This document shows positions 9,938 to 21,664 of a stretch of 30,967 bases of DNA, piece after piece. This stretch comes from Octopus sinensis (Eukaryota), in the NCBI RefSeq assembly GCF_006345805.1, contig NW_021832455.1:1-30967 (forward strand). Reading direction: 5' to 3'. Under the pieces are notes generated by a model, which was not told where the DNA came from, did no database searches, and saw nothing but the letters and a program-made list of their open reading frames with translations. How positions within the stretch are numbered: the first letter of the stretch is position 1; the number at the start of each line of letters is the position of its first letter. The position numbers and the translations under genes were made by a program.

Positions 9938-9940
9938 TCA

Positions 9941-9972
<32 letters not shown>

Positions 9973-10001
9973 CCACATCATCATCATCATCATCATCATC
10001 A

Positions 10002-10033
<32 letters not shown>

Positions 10034-10120
10034 CCATCATAATCATCAACATCATCATCATCATCATCAATCATCATCATCATCACTATCACCATCATCA
10101 TCGTCATCATCATCATCATC
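9442..10120. repeat. Long compound (CAT/CAC)n trinucleotide tract
   Basis: About 680 bp of CAT triplets with interspersed CAC, CAA and TAT. Confidence 0.95.
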
Positions 10121-10597
10121 GACAGTTGCTTATCTCTTGGAAATTATTGTATAGAGAGGGAAAAGAGCGGCTGTAGTGGGGAAAATTGTAGGAAAAGTGT
10201 GGGGAAAGTGTGGGGAAAGTGAAGAAACGTATGAGAATATCAAGTAAAAGTCTGAAGAAAGTTTGAAGGAAAACACGAGAAGGAAAAGAAAAAGTTAAGA
10301 GACAGGAAAAAGCAGTCGGCAGAGAATAAGAAAAACGTGGATAATGTTGAGAAAAGGTTAGGTAGGGTGGGGAAAAGTCAAGGCTACTTGAACTTCTCAA
10401 AGGATAACCATTGATTGTTAATTACTATATCTGGTTGTTGCACAGTCTTCCCCAATCAAGATTCAAGGCCTGAATGACCCTCTTCCAGCATCTCTAGCAT
10501 AGAACATTCATGGGTAGGATGCTGGTCTACTTAACATCTGGTACACCTTTTATTATCAATATCCATATTCAGCAAGACTGGAGAATGAAGATGAGTT

Positions 10598-11199
10598 ATA
10601 CCTATTTCTTTACTACCCACAAGGGGCTAAACACAGAGGGGACAAACAAGGACAGACAAACGGATTAAGTCGATTATATCGACCCCAGTGCGTAACTGGT
10701 ACTTATTTAATCGACCCCGAAAGGATGAAAGGCAAAGTCGACCTCGGCAGAATTTGAACTCAGAACATATCAGCAGACGAAATACCTATTTCTTTACTAC
10801 CCACAAGGGGCTAAACACAGAGGGGACAAACAAGGACAGACAAACGGATTAAGTCGATTATATCGACCCCAGTGCGTAACTGGTACATATTTAATCGACC
10901 CCGAAAGGATGAAAGGCAAAGTCGACCTCGGCAGAATTTGAACTCAGAACATATCAGCAGACGAAATACCTATTTCTTTACTGCCCACAAGGGGCTAAAC
11001 ACAGAGGGAACAAATAAGGACAAACAAACGGATTAAGTCGATTACAACGACCCCAGTGTGTAACTGGTACTTATTTAATCGACCCCGAAAGGATGAAAGG
11101 CAAAGTCGACCTCGGCAGAATTTGAACTCAGAACATAGCAGCAGACGAAATACCTATTTCTTTACTGCCCACAAGAGGCTACACACAGAGGGAACAAAC
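10598..11199 (-). repeat. Head-to-tail tandem array of a 184-bp headless family C SINE unit (3 copies plus a partial)
   Basis: ATACCTATTTCTTTACT recurs at 10598, 10782, 10966 and 11150. The unit is the reverse complement of the family C body without the A-box head. Confidence 0.9.
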
Positions 11200-11375
11200 G
11201 TCTGCCGTTATGTTCTGAGTTCAAATTCCGCCAAGGTCGACTTTGCCTTTCATCCTTTCGGTGTCGATAAATTAAGTACCAGTTGCGTACTGGGGTCGAT
11301 GTAATCGACTTAATCCACTCGTCTGTCCTTGTTTGTCCCCTCTATGTTTAGTCCCTTGTGGGTAATGAAGAAATA
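11200..11375 (+). mobile_element. Headless family C SINE copy, inverted relative to the array
   Basis: Runs GTCTGCCGTTATGTTCTGAGTTCAAATTCCGCC...CCCTTGTGGGTAATGAAGAAAT. Confidence 0.85.
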
Positions 11376-11544
11376 TATATGTGTGTATGTGAGTGCGAGT
11401 ATGTGTTTATGTGCATGTGTGCGTGTGTTGTGTATGTTTCAAACATTAATAGACATTTCTACAAGTGTATACGTAAGACCAAACCAATAAAACCACTTTG
11501 AAATTCTCAATGTAAACTTAAACTATTTTTACATATTTTCTTCT

Positions 11545-12081
11545 TTAAAAGTAAAGCTGTCCACTCTTCCAACTCTCTATGTACTTCCTCGTCTCCTCTT
11601 CTAGATCCTCCTCCATCTCAGGTATATCACCTTCTTCCAATTGCATCAACTCATGTACGTCCATATCTTCCAGTTTATCCTTCATCCATAAATCCAACTC
11701 CTGGTCCAGCTGCTCCTCCAGTGCCTCAGATTTCTTCACCTCTTCCACTTCCTGCTCCAACACTTCTTCATCTTTCCTAAATACATATATCGCCTTTACA
11801 AATGTTTTATTCTTTGCCAACTCATTCTTATCACAACCTTTGGTAGTTTCCTCTGCCACGGGGTTTTCGACAATATCCTTTGGTTGTTCGGTAATAAATA
11901 AATTTATGTTGCAAGGATAACGCTGAATAGGTGTATCTTTTGTAGAGATGGGATCCGACCCCACAACGTTTGGTCTGGCACTACGGAATAAGAATCTAGC
12001 AAAAGAACGTCTGACCCGAGAAATAAAGCGACCCAAGGGTCCTCTGCGAACTGGTGTGTCTGCCGGCGGCAATGGTGACAT
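11545..12081 (-). CDS. Orphan ORF, 178 aa from MSPLPPADTP; basic amphipathic N-region and acidic C-terminus; function unknown
   Basis: Long stop-free, non-microsatellite frame in AT-rich DNA. The ATG at 12081 has A at -3. Composition is protein-like. The upstream extension to 12222 is pyrimidine-rich and probably non-coding. No family recognised. Confidence 0.55.
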   Translation of the reverse strand: MSPLPPADTPVRRGPLGRFISRVRRSFARFLFRSARPNVVGSDPISTKDTPIQRYPCNINLFITEQPKDIVENPVAEETTKGCDKNELAKNKTFVKAIYVFRKDEEVLEQEVEEVKKSEALEEQLDQELDLWMKDKLEDMDVHELMQLEEGDIPEMEEDLEEETRKYIESWKSGQLYF

Positions 12082-12800
12082 TTCGGTTTGTTTAGATATA
12101 CAAAGACCAAAAAAGGTAAGAAAAACATAAACAAACACAAATGACAAGCAAATAAAGAAGAATGTAGGAAGGATGTGATAAACGATAAAAGGAAAGGAAC
12201 TATAGAATGATGAAGTTGTCAATTAATTAGTTCTGTTAATTAAAATGAGAGAAATATATGAATGAATACCAAACAAGAGATGAGAACAATTAAAAAGACA
12301 GGTAAACACAGAAAGAAAATAAGCAATTAGGAAGGAAGGAATAGAAAGATGTAACTGAGGGATACAAATTAAATGAAACAATTTTATGAATGAATGGAAG
12401 AAAGGGATTGGTAATCAAAAATTAATTATAGTTGTAAATATGCAAAGGAGGAAAGTAGGAAGGAAAAGATAGAAAGGGAAAGAGAAAATAGGAAGAAAGA
12501 GAGAGGAAGAAGGATAAATTGGCTTCAATGAAATAATTATATGAATGAATACAGAAGATGAAAGGGGAAATCAGCAATTAACGAAATTAAAAAAAGAAAG
12601 AAATCAGGAAGAAAGGTGGAAAGGGAGAAAAAAAGCGAACGAGTAAAATGAAGGAATTATCCGTAAAATTTATCAGTAAATTAATTAAAATGAGACAAAT
12701 TTAGATTTGAATCAGCAGATGAGTAAGTAAGGGATCAATCAAAGACACAAAGATAGGAAAGAAATATGAAAAAGGATGATAAACCGATAGATGAACGAAC

Positions 12801-13152
<352 letters not shown>

Positions 13153-13466
13153 GTATATTTCACTGGTTATGTTATCAGAATATTAAAATGAAATAAATAA
13201 TTCCAAATCAATAGATCAATAGATTATCAATCAATCAAACAGACGAAGATGAAAAGAGAGAAAAGAAGAAATGTAGGAAAAGAATAAAAGAAATAAAAAG
13301 AGGAAAGATAGAAAAGAAACAAATGAATGAGAGAAGAAATCAATAGACTGATTAAAGTTATCAGTTCTAATCAATAAATATTAACCTGTAATCGATTTGA
13401 CGCGCTAATTCTGAACAAAGTCGAATTGAAGTGAGCAAATTTTTCAAATCGCAGCTTTTAGGATTG

Positions 13467-13474
13467 TGACGTCA
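13467..13474. promoter_or_regulatory. Perfect CRE palindrome TGACGTCA (function unproven)
   Basis: Exact motif match in unique DNA about 1.4 kb upstream of the orphan ORF. An 8-mer can occur by chance. Confidence 0.2.
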
Positions 13475-13558
13475 TAATATCTCTTGTAGACCTTTTTGAC
13501 TTAATTACTGACAATTCTTAATGAATGAGTTTAATGGCGATTTCATACAACCTGACAT

Positions 13559-13951
13559 ACTCTTTTACTTGTTTCAGTCATTTGACTGCAGCAATGCTGG
13601 AGCACCGCCTTTAGTCGAGCAACTCGACCCCGGGACTTATTCTTTGTAAGCCCAGTACTTATTCTATCGGTCTCTTTTGCCGAACCGCTAAGTGACGGGG
13701 ACGTTAACACACCAGCATCGGTTGTCAAGCAATGCTAGGGGGACAAACACAGACACACAAAAACACACATACATATATATATATACATATATACTACAGT
13801 CTTCTTTCAGTTTCCGTCTACCAAATCCACTCAAAAAGCACTGGTCGGCCCGGGGCTATAGCAGAAGACACTTGCCCAAGATGCCACGCAGTGGGACTAA
13901 ACCCGGAACCATGTAGTTGGAAAGCAAGCTACTTACCACACAGCCACTCCT
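13559..13951 (-). mobile_element. tRNA-derived SINE family B, full length
   Basis: Reverse complement of the 20767-21172 copy, with head, internal microsatellite and tail. Confidence 0.9.
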
Positions 13952-16900
13952 GCGCCTATATTCAAAAGAATTCGATTTCGATGTTCTTTCCATATTTAAA
14001 TTAGATTCAATTTTTCTTAAATAGATACACACACAAAATATAATTCTTTAGTTCAGTTCCCGGGCTGTGGCCATGCTGGGGCATCGCCTTGAAGGTTTTA
14101 CTCATTCACATCGACCCTCAGTAATTAATTTGTTAAAGTCTGGTACTTATTCTAAAAGTTTCTTTTGCTAAATTCTCCGGGTCAAGGGAATGTAAACAAA
14201 CTAACATCGCTTTAGTAAAACTGTCAGTGTATCTCTGTAAATACTGATGATACATCCGAAGTAAAACAATTCTTTACTGACAATGTCATGTGATATCCTG
14301 AAATGATAGAGGAACAATATAAGCTGTAGAGGATACTTAAACAATTGAGATTCAGCTGAGGCAATTTTATAATATTTCTATATTGGTCAGCTGTAGTTAT
14401 AAACGTTTAACTGAACAACAGAAGTTTAGTTTTAAATTTCCTATCAAAACTACATAACACAACATTGTGTGATGTCTACGTATATATATACAAACAACAG
14501 ATACACCTCCGTAATGTGTGTTATACTACAGAGAAATCGGATGTAACATTTTTACAAATGCCTAATTTGAGGTAATTATGGGAACTAATTATAGCGGATA
14601 GAGTAACTTTGTAGAGGTTTCCTCGGGGTCTTCACAATGTTGTTTAGCCACAGGTCAGCCCTGTCTGAGTAGATAAACAATCAAATATAGGTTGTGTTTG
14701 GTGGTTAGTATTTATTTTATGACAGGTGAAAGAAAGAGAAAAACATTATATTAGATGGAAAAAAAACAAAGGTAGAATGAAAAACATAAAGACGCAATTT
14801 CATATTAGCAGCACCAGCGAGAAGGCCATGGATGGATGACAGAGAAATATAGAAAAGTGTACATTGGAGAGGGAAGCAACAATTGTTTTGATATGAAATA
14901 ACTGGGTTCTCATGACAAACACGAAGTAAATATTACGCTACACACATTTGAGAAGATTTATTTGATAAAAGAAAGGCTCCAACGAGGAAAAAATGACATT
15001 TGATCATTTCTGACAGTTTTGTCGCTTATTTCGACAAAATATTTTATCGGTGCAAATGATTATTCCGCAGCAAATATATCTCACGCGACGGCAAGATTTA
15101 AATGAGGATTTAAATTAAGTTGAAAAAATAGATCAATAGAAGGTGAAATTTATTGATTTCTACGCTAATACGAAACATAAATATGTCTTTTGTTATATAT
15201 TTTATATAATGTGGTCAAAGTTACAGAGTGACTCAAAGACTGGAAGTTTCGCTTATTGCCATTAACAGTCTAAGCAAATGTACTAAGCGTATTTCGTTAT
15301 TTGTGCTTGCGAATATTTTAAATACTTTTCAAAATATTTCTGTTGTCAATTCTTAGTCATTCGTAACATTGCCAACATTTCATAAAAGACATCGACATAA
15401 ATGGTTTTCATACGGAATAATATTTCCAAACTTGTTTTGATCGCTTATGAAGAAGAAAAAATTATTAACGAACAACAAACACAGCAAATGCGTATGCGGC
15501 CAGGGTGTTTGGTAACGAATAGTCACTCTTATTACATCCCTTTACAAAATTATTTACCGTTATTATTCAGGTTTGTAGAAATATGCGTTCTTTTTTTACG
15601 AAAACCTTTGAACAAATTTAATTTTTTGTATTTTCTCATTTCAGTTTCATAGAAAGAACAATTTTTTTCGTAAAACATAAATTTATTCGCCAATTTTTTT
15701 CAGATTTCCCCCTTATTTTTGCTTCCATTTGGATATTATCTTTTGATAAACAAACCTTGTTTTCATTTTGAGTTTCTTGCAATTTTTGGCAAATTCCCAG
15801 TTGCAGAATTTCTTTAGAAATTTGTTGTGCAATATCATATTTATATAATTTCCATCCTATATGTGCTTGGAATAACCTGATGGAAACGCAAATAAAACAA
15901 TCTAAAACTATTTTCAATAAAATATTATCGAACTTTCAACATGTCCCCTGATATTCTGTAAAGAAGCCACAATATTGAGATGATACTCACGTACATTTTA
16001 AAGTTGATTGTTTGAGATATATCCTGCTACAAAAGTACTATTTGTTTTGTATTAGTTTCTTATTTTGATATGCATTTAATTGCAAAACTGAAAAGCTTTG
16101 TTAAAATTCCTCTTTAGCGAAAATCTTGACATGCTAAAAAATTTCTGAGGGCATTTCTGAACCCAAAACCATCAAATTAAAGTAGGACTAATTGTGAAAA
16201 CTATGACAAATAAAATGTTTTCCATTGTTATGAGTAAAGATACAAGAGTACTTATCCAGAGAGTAAGCTCTAGAAGAAGCATTTTGGGAGAGGAAACCTA
16301 ACTATAGTTTTGAAAAATCAGTATACCAAATTTTAGTGTAGACCAAATGAAAATTATGTTCTAAATTGTCCTCCTGTGTGATCTAACATTTGCACAGAGA
16401 CTTAAGAACTGCAGGTTGTTTGGTCTGTTGTAACACCACTGAGATCTGTCCCTTTTTCAGCTTTGCTTACCCTTTTGCTACCTTATTTCTGTTGAAATAT
16501 ACTACCTTTATATCCATTTATTTTGAAAATAAGGAAGAATTTAGGAAAATAACATTGTCATTTTTAAGCTGATGTTTGAAACATGAATTAACATAAAATA
16601 AGGTTTTAATTTAGATATCTTTAAAACAGGGAGTTCGTACGATAGAACCAGGACGGTTTTGTACAGTTTGGTAGGATGTCTCTGGGAGAGGAAACTTCTG
16701 TGTCTAGTCACACTGGCGATAAAACTGGGAGGCCAATGTGGGTTTAACAGCCACAGATGAAGAGGGATGTCTAGGAACATAAACCCACAATATTTGTGTG
16801 TGGTTGTGAAAAGGGACTCAAATCTGGCAATAAATTGAGTCAGAAGAAAACTCAGGTCTCACTGATTATGCATCCTTAGGGGAGCATAAAGGCACAACAA

Positions 16901-17104
16901 ATGGTAGAATGTTGGCTGTATTTGAGGATACCAGTTCTCAGACATGATGACAGGAATAGTCATTCATTTAGAAGTTACAATGTCTACTTTCTTTACTGCC
17001 AGGAATGTAGTAAGTTGTTTGTTACTCATATATTTTGAAAATTACCTTTAACCCAATAATAACAGAAATTTCATAAAAACAGCAGACAAAATTTACGATT
17101 CAGG

Positions 17105-17300
17105 ACATGGCTGAGATCATGCAAAGTTAATACTGCTCTGTTTTCAGTGACCCTGATTCAGTTGACTCAAGCAGCTTTGCTCCTTTGAATCCTCAACATG
17201 TCCTTCCCGACAAAACCTTCGACGCTACTGATATCTTAGCAGCAATAAGAGAAATCAAAACTGATTCAGCAGTGGGTCCGGACAGGCTCCCCGCTATACT
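17105..17300 (+). mobile_element. LINE ORF2 fragment (EN-RT linker, CR1/L2-like)
   Basis: Peptides MAEIMQS..CSVFSDP and DILAAIREIKTDSAVGPDRLPAILL match the conserved pre-RT motif (SAxGPDGxPAxLL). Confidence 0.7.
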
Positions 17301-17302
17301 CT

Positions 17303-17486
17303 TACTCTCTTTTTACTCTTTTACTTGTTTCAGTCATTTGACTGCGGTCATGCTGGAGCACCGCCTTTAGTCGAGCAAATCGACCCTAGGACTTATTCTT
17401 TGTAAGCCTAGCACTTATTCTATCGGTCTCTTTTTCCGAACCGCTAAGTTACGGAGACGTAAACACACCAGCATCTGTTGTCAAGC
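17303..17486 (-). mobile_element. SINE family B, 3' half
   Basis: Matches 13559-13735. Confidence 0.85.
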
Positions 17487-17844
17487 CTAAGCTTTAACTT
17501 GAACAGCAACTAAAATAACCGGTATGTTATAACTGCTTGATAAAGATTAGCTTAAGGCAGTGATTCAAGTGAGCAGCAGCGTGTATAACAGAAGAAAGGC
17601 AGAATAGGGAAATAATCGGTATCAGGTGAGATCAGATGCGGTTAAACAACTGAAACTAGTTGTTCCCTGCTTACACCACTATTTCAGTATACACGTCCAC
17701 ACTGACGCACGCGCCCATGTGTACGTCCACCGTGGATGACCACAAAGAGGTCGAAACCGTTCAGGGACTGGGGGTTAGAACAGCTATGTTTGAGTGCCGA
17801 CAAACATTACATTTCTATTTCTTTTTCCTTCTTTCTTTCTTTCT

Positions 17845-17884
<40 letters not shown>

Positions 17885-17902
17885 GTATATATATGTATGT
17901 GC

Positions 17903-18134
17903 AAGGCGGCGAGCTGGCAAAAACGTTAGCGCGCCAGGTGAAATGCGTAGCCGTATTTCGTCTGCCGTTACGTTCTGAGTTCAAATTCCGTCGATGTCGA
18001 CTTTGCCTTTCATCCTTTCGGGGTCGATAAATAAAGTACCCGTTTCGCACTGGGGTCGATGTAATAAACTTAAACCCTTTGTCTATTCTTGTTTGTCCCC
18101 TCTGTGTTTAACCCCTTGTGGGCAATAAAGAAAT
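17903..18134 (+). mobile_element. tRNA-derived SINE family C, full length
   Basis: Head GGCGGCGAGCTGGCA, B-box-like GAGTTCAAATTCC, central TTTGCCTTTCATCCTTTCGGGGTCGATAAAT..GTACC (reminiscent of the Meta domain) and tail AAAGAAAT. Confidence 0.85.
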
Positions 18135-18706
18135 ATATATATGTGGGTGTGCGTGTGTATGTCTCTGTCTGTGTCTGTTTGTACATATACAGTGAGTAGA
18201 TGAAAGCCACATAATCTTAGTGTATATATCTTAGTGTAGTACTCAAATGGATGAGAACTTGACTATATCCTCTTTATCCACGACCAGCTCTTCAGCATAG
18301 AGAGTTACCTGGAAGTGTAATCGTTATCGAACTGTTATGGAGATAGCAAGGTAGATAAATACATTTAAGCTTGGAACACACAAAATACAGAATACAAAAT
18401 GAAGTGGAACGAAACAAACTAAATAGAAGAATTATATAAAGCCTTCTCTCGACAGTTGTTTCAAGACAGCCATAACTTGAATAATATCCAGGGCACACAA
18501 ATGAAACGAACTCTCGTCTGCTACCTCTGGAGGTATGAAGATCATGAGTGAGTTTGCGGTGAAGGTCAATATATATTTTATTATTTGTATTTTGGAATCC
18601 AAGTAAACACAATGTCTCAAGTCTAACCGTGTATACCTAGCTTACTACCTACCTACCTATCTACCTACCGACACACATACCTACCTCCCTGCCAACCTAC
18701 CATATG

Positions 18707-18725
18707 TCTATCTATCTATCAATCA

Positions 18726-18762
<37 letters not shown>

Positions 18763-18766
18763 GATC

Positions 18767-18840
<74 letters not shown>

Positions 18841-18850
18841 CAGATAGATA
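18707..18850. repeat. (TCTA)n abutting (TAGA)n, an inverted microsatellite
   Basis: Reverse-complementary tracts meeting at 18761/18762. Confidence 0.9.
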
Positions 18851-18941
18851 AGTAGAGTAGGAGAGAAGACACATAAAAAAGGTAGGTTGTTACACTTTTA
18901 TATTTGAAATATAGACATGCCTGTGTGTGTATTGTGTGTGG

Positions 18942-18972
<31 letters not shown>

Positions 18973-19223
18973 TAATAATGACAATAATGATTGTTTACCA
19001 CCAAATACGAACGTTTAATCACTGCTTTTGTACTAAAATTTCAAGGCGTTGCAGGAGAGAAAAACTTGAAAAACTGGTCGTCGTCACACTATTATGTTCC
19101 AAATGTTTTTTCAAGTGAAACAACAAAAGGCCTTCTTACTTGAGGCATTCAATGATTCTTTTCTATAAATTTTTCACGCTGCAGTTTTATGGAATTAGCA
19201 TTATTTGGACTGGCTCACAAACA

Positions 19224-19317
19224 CATACATACAAAATACATACATACATACATACATACATACATACATACATACATACATACATACATACATACATACA
19301 TACATACATACATACAT
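19224..19317. repeat. (CATA)n microsatellite
   Basis: Direct repeat. Confidence 0.95.
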
Positions 19318-19627
19318 GTGGAGGCACATGGCCTAGTGGTTAGAGCAGCGGACTCGCGGTCGAGGGTTCGCGGGTTCGAATCTCAGACCGGGCGATGTGT
19401 GTGTTTATGAGCGAAACACCTAAGCTCCACGCGGCTCCGGCAGAAGGTAATGGCGAACTTCTGCTGACTCTTTCACCACAACTTTCACTCACTCTTTCCT
19501 CCTGCATCTTGCAGCTCACCTGTGACGGACCGGCGTCCCGTCCAGGTGGGAAACCTTTACGCCAAGGAAACCGGGAAACCGGCCCTTCTGAGCCAGGCAT
19601 GGCTCGAGAAGGAACAAACAAAAACAA
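19318..19627 (+). mobile_element. tRNA-derived SINE family D
   Basis: A box TGGCCTAGTGG, B box GGTTCGAATC, GC-rich body and an AAAC-type tail. A related tail fragment lies on the minus strand at ~24295-24360. Confidence 0.85.
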
Positions 19628-20027
19628 ATTACCTCAATATTATGGGTTCAAACTCTTTCCCTTCATTCAGTTCATGTAAAACACTACATTTCGCGTAAAA
19701 TACCCCTTTCTTTGATCCTTGTAGTAAATACAGAATGATTACAATACGATTTTTAGTTTTGTCTCTTTATGTTGTAAGTTCAAATCCTACCAGAATCTAT
19801 TGTCACTCTGGGATCAGTAAGATGTGCACCAGTAATGTCCCAGGACCAATGTTGTCTGTCATAGCCTCGGATTAACCCAAAACATTTAAAGTGAAATTGT
19901 GGAGAAGCATATTAGATGGATTGCACTCGAAAGGGACAGATTCGTCACATATTGCATCAGGATATAGATGTCTGTGAAATACTCAACCATTTACATAATA
20001 ATACATTAAGGAACCATTCCGAGATAC

Positions 20028-20359
20028 GAGACCCCCTTTGATCACGACACTGACCATGGGATTGCACCTAGAAAGTTACCCTCCTAGTCACAAGTCTGGG
20101 CATGGTTGTTTATGGAAGACCAGCAGTCGCCCATGCATACCGGCCTCCCATCTCCACGCCACCAATGTTATCCAAGGGAAAGGTAAAAGGTGATACAGCT
20201 TGGCACCAGTGACATCGCAACTCATTTCTACAGCTGAGTGAACTGGAGCAACGTGAAATAAAGTGTCTTGCTCAAGAACACAACACGCAGCCCGGTCCGG
20301 GATTCGAGCTCACAACCTCACGATCGTAAGCTCAACGCTCTAACCACTGAGCCATGCGC
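20028..20359 (-). mobile_element. tRNA-derived SINE family A
   Basis: Homologous to 314-633. Confidence 0.85.
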
Positions 20360-20766
20360 AACCATTACATCAAATTAATTAATTATGTACACGTAAACAT
20401 TTATTGTTTACAAATATAGTTTTTATATGAAAATGTTAGTTATTGATTTATGGACGAGTCCATTTCTGTAGATATTACTGAACACTTTGATAATTAATGA
20501 GTTGTTAATTAAAGGATTAATGAGGTAATAAAATGTGAATCTAACCATGATAAATATTCTGAAATGTTGACATTTAAAAAATTTACTGTAGATACAGTGA
20601 GATATATTTGAATATCTTAGACAGAAATCTATATTTAAGAGGAAAAGCGGTCCCCAACATATATGTGTAAGTAAAGTTAATACATGATCACACACACACA
20701 CTTCTATTTAAACCATTTTAACCATTTCGTAACATTTTACTAGTTTTAAAAAATACCTCTGTATGT

Positions 20767-21172
20767 AGGAGTGGCTGTGTGGTAAGTAGCTTGCTTACCA
20801 ACCACATGGTTCCGGGTTCAGTCCCACTGCGTGGCATCTTGGGCAAGTGTCTTCTACTATAGCCTCGGGCCGACCAAAGCCTTGTGAGTGGATTTGGTAG
20901 ACGAAAACTGAAAGAAGCCCGTCGTATATATGTATATATATATATGCGTGTGTGTGTTTGTGTGTCTGTGTTTGTGTGTCTGTGTTTGTCCCCCTAGCAT
21001 TGCTTGACAACCGATGCTGGTGTGTTTACGTCCACGTCACTGAGCGGTTCGGCAAAAGAGACCGATAGAATAAGTACTGGGCTTACAAAGAATAAGTCCC
21101 GGGGCCGATTTGCTCGACTAAAGGCAGTGCTCCAGCATGGCCGCAGTCAAATGACTGAAACAAGTAAAAGAG
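20767..21172 (+). mobile_element. tRNA-derived SINE family B, full length
   Basis: Complete head, CORE-like block, internal microsatellite and AAGTAAAAGAG tail. Confidence 0.9.
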
Positions 21173-21376
21173 ATTTTCTGTCATGTCAAGTTTTTTGTTA
21201 AACAGAAATTAATCTTCTCGCAGAAAATTTCAATTTTGCTTTTAAATTGGTATTGAAATAAGAAACTAATACAAAATAAATAGTGTCTCTTTTTTCAGAA
21301 AAGTATATTACACATAATGCTTAATTACATAATTTAGGATAGCTATGTCTGTGGAAGTAGAGTTTGGGCTATTTAA

Positions 21377-21596
21377 CCCTTTCATTACCAACCCGGCCAA
21401 AACCAGCTCTGGCTCTGTAGTACAAATGTCTTGTTTTCATAAGTTTTGCATTAAAATATACCACCAAACCTTAGTCGCAATTTATGTTCTTAACACTAGC
21501 TTAATGATAACTAAATTATTTTCTAAATTCTTTGTTATATTTAAAATAATTGAATGAAACGTGGAGCATCTCAAAATAAATACAGTAATGAAAGGG
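21377..21596. mobile_element. piggyBac-type MITE (220 bp)
   Basis: 12-bp perfect TIRs CCCTTTCATTAC/GTAATGAAAGGG, with TTAA on both sides (21373-21376 and 21597-21600). Confidence 0.9.
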
Positions 21597-21664
21597 TTAA
21601 GGAGTGAATTTTCTCTTTGCTGCTTTGCATAAATAACATGCATCACGATAATCTCTTTGCACAG

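Noticed and set aside
9342-10154. Poly-His/Ser/Ile/Met ORFs
   Set aside because: These are translations of the CAT/CAC microsatellite.
10150-10400. Purine-rich stretch with three GGGG runs, as a G-quadruplex or coding exon
   Set aside because: The GGGG runs are only three, close together and A-separated. The plus frame I translated has several stops, and the minus ORF is low-complexity.
14244-14280. CTGATGA...CCGAAG as another hammerhead
   Set aside because: GAAG replaces GAAA, and there is no stem II or stem III pairing.
15636-15917. 93-aa minus-strand ORF
   Set aside because: It has a non-ATG start with a stop just upstream, and no recognisable domain or clear splice sites. It could be an exon but is unsupported.
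19318-19390. tRNA gene calls for SINE heads (also at 560-633 and 20290-20359)
   Set aside because: A and B boxes are present, but they run straight into SINE bodies and lack a proper acceptor stem.
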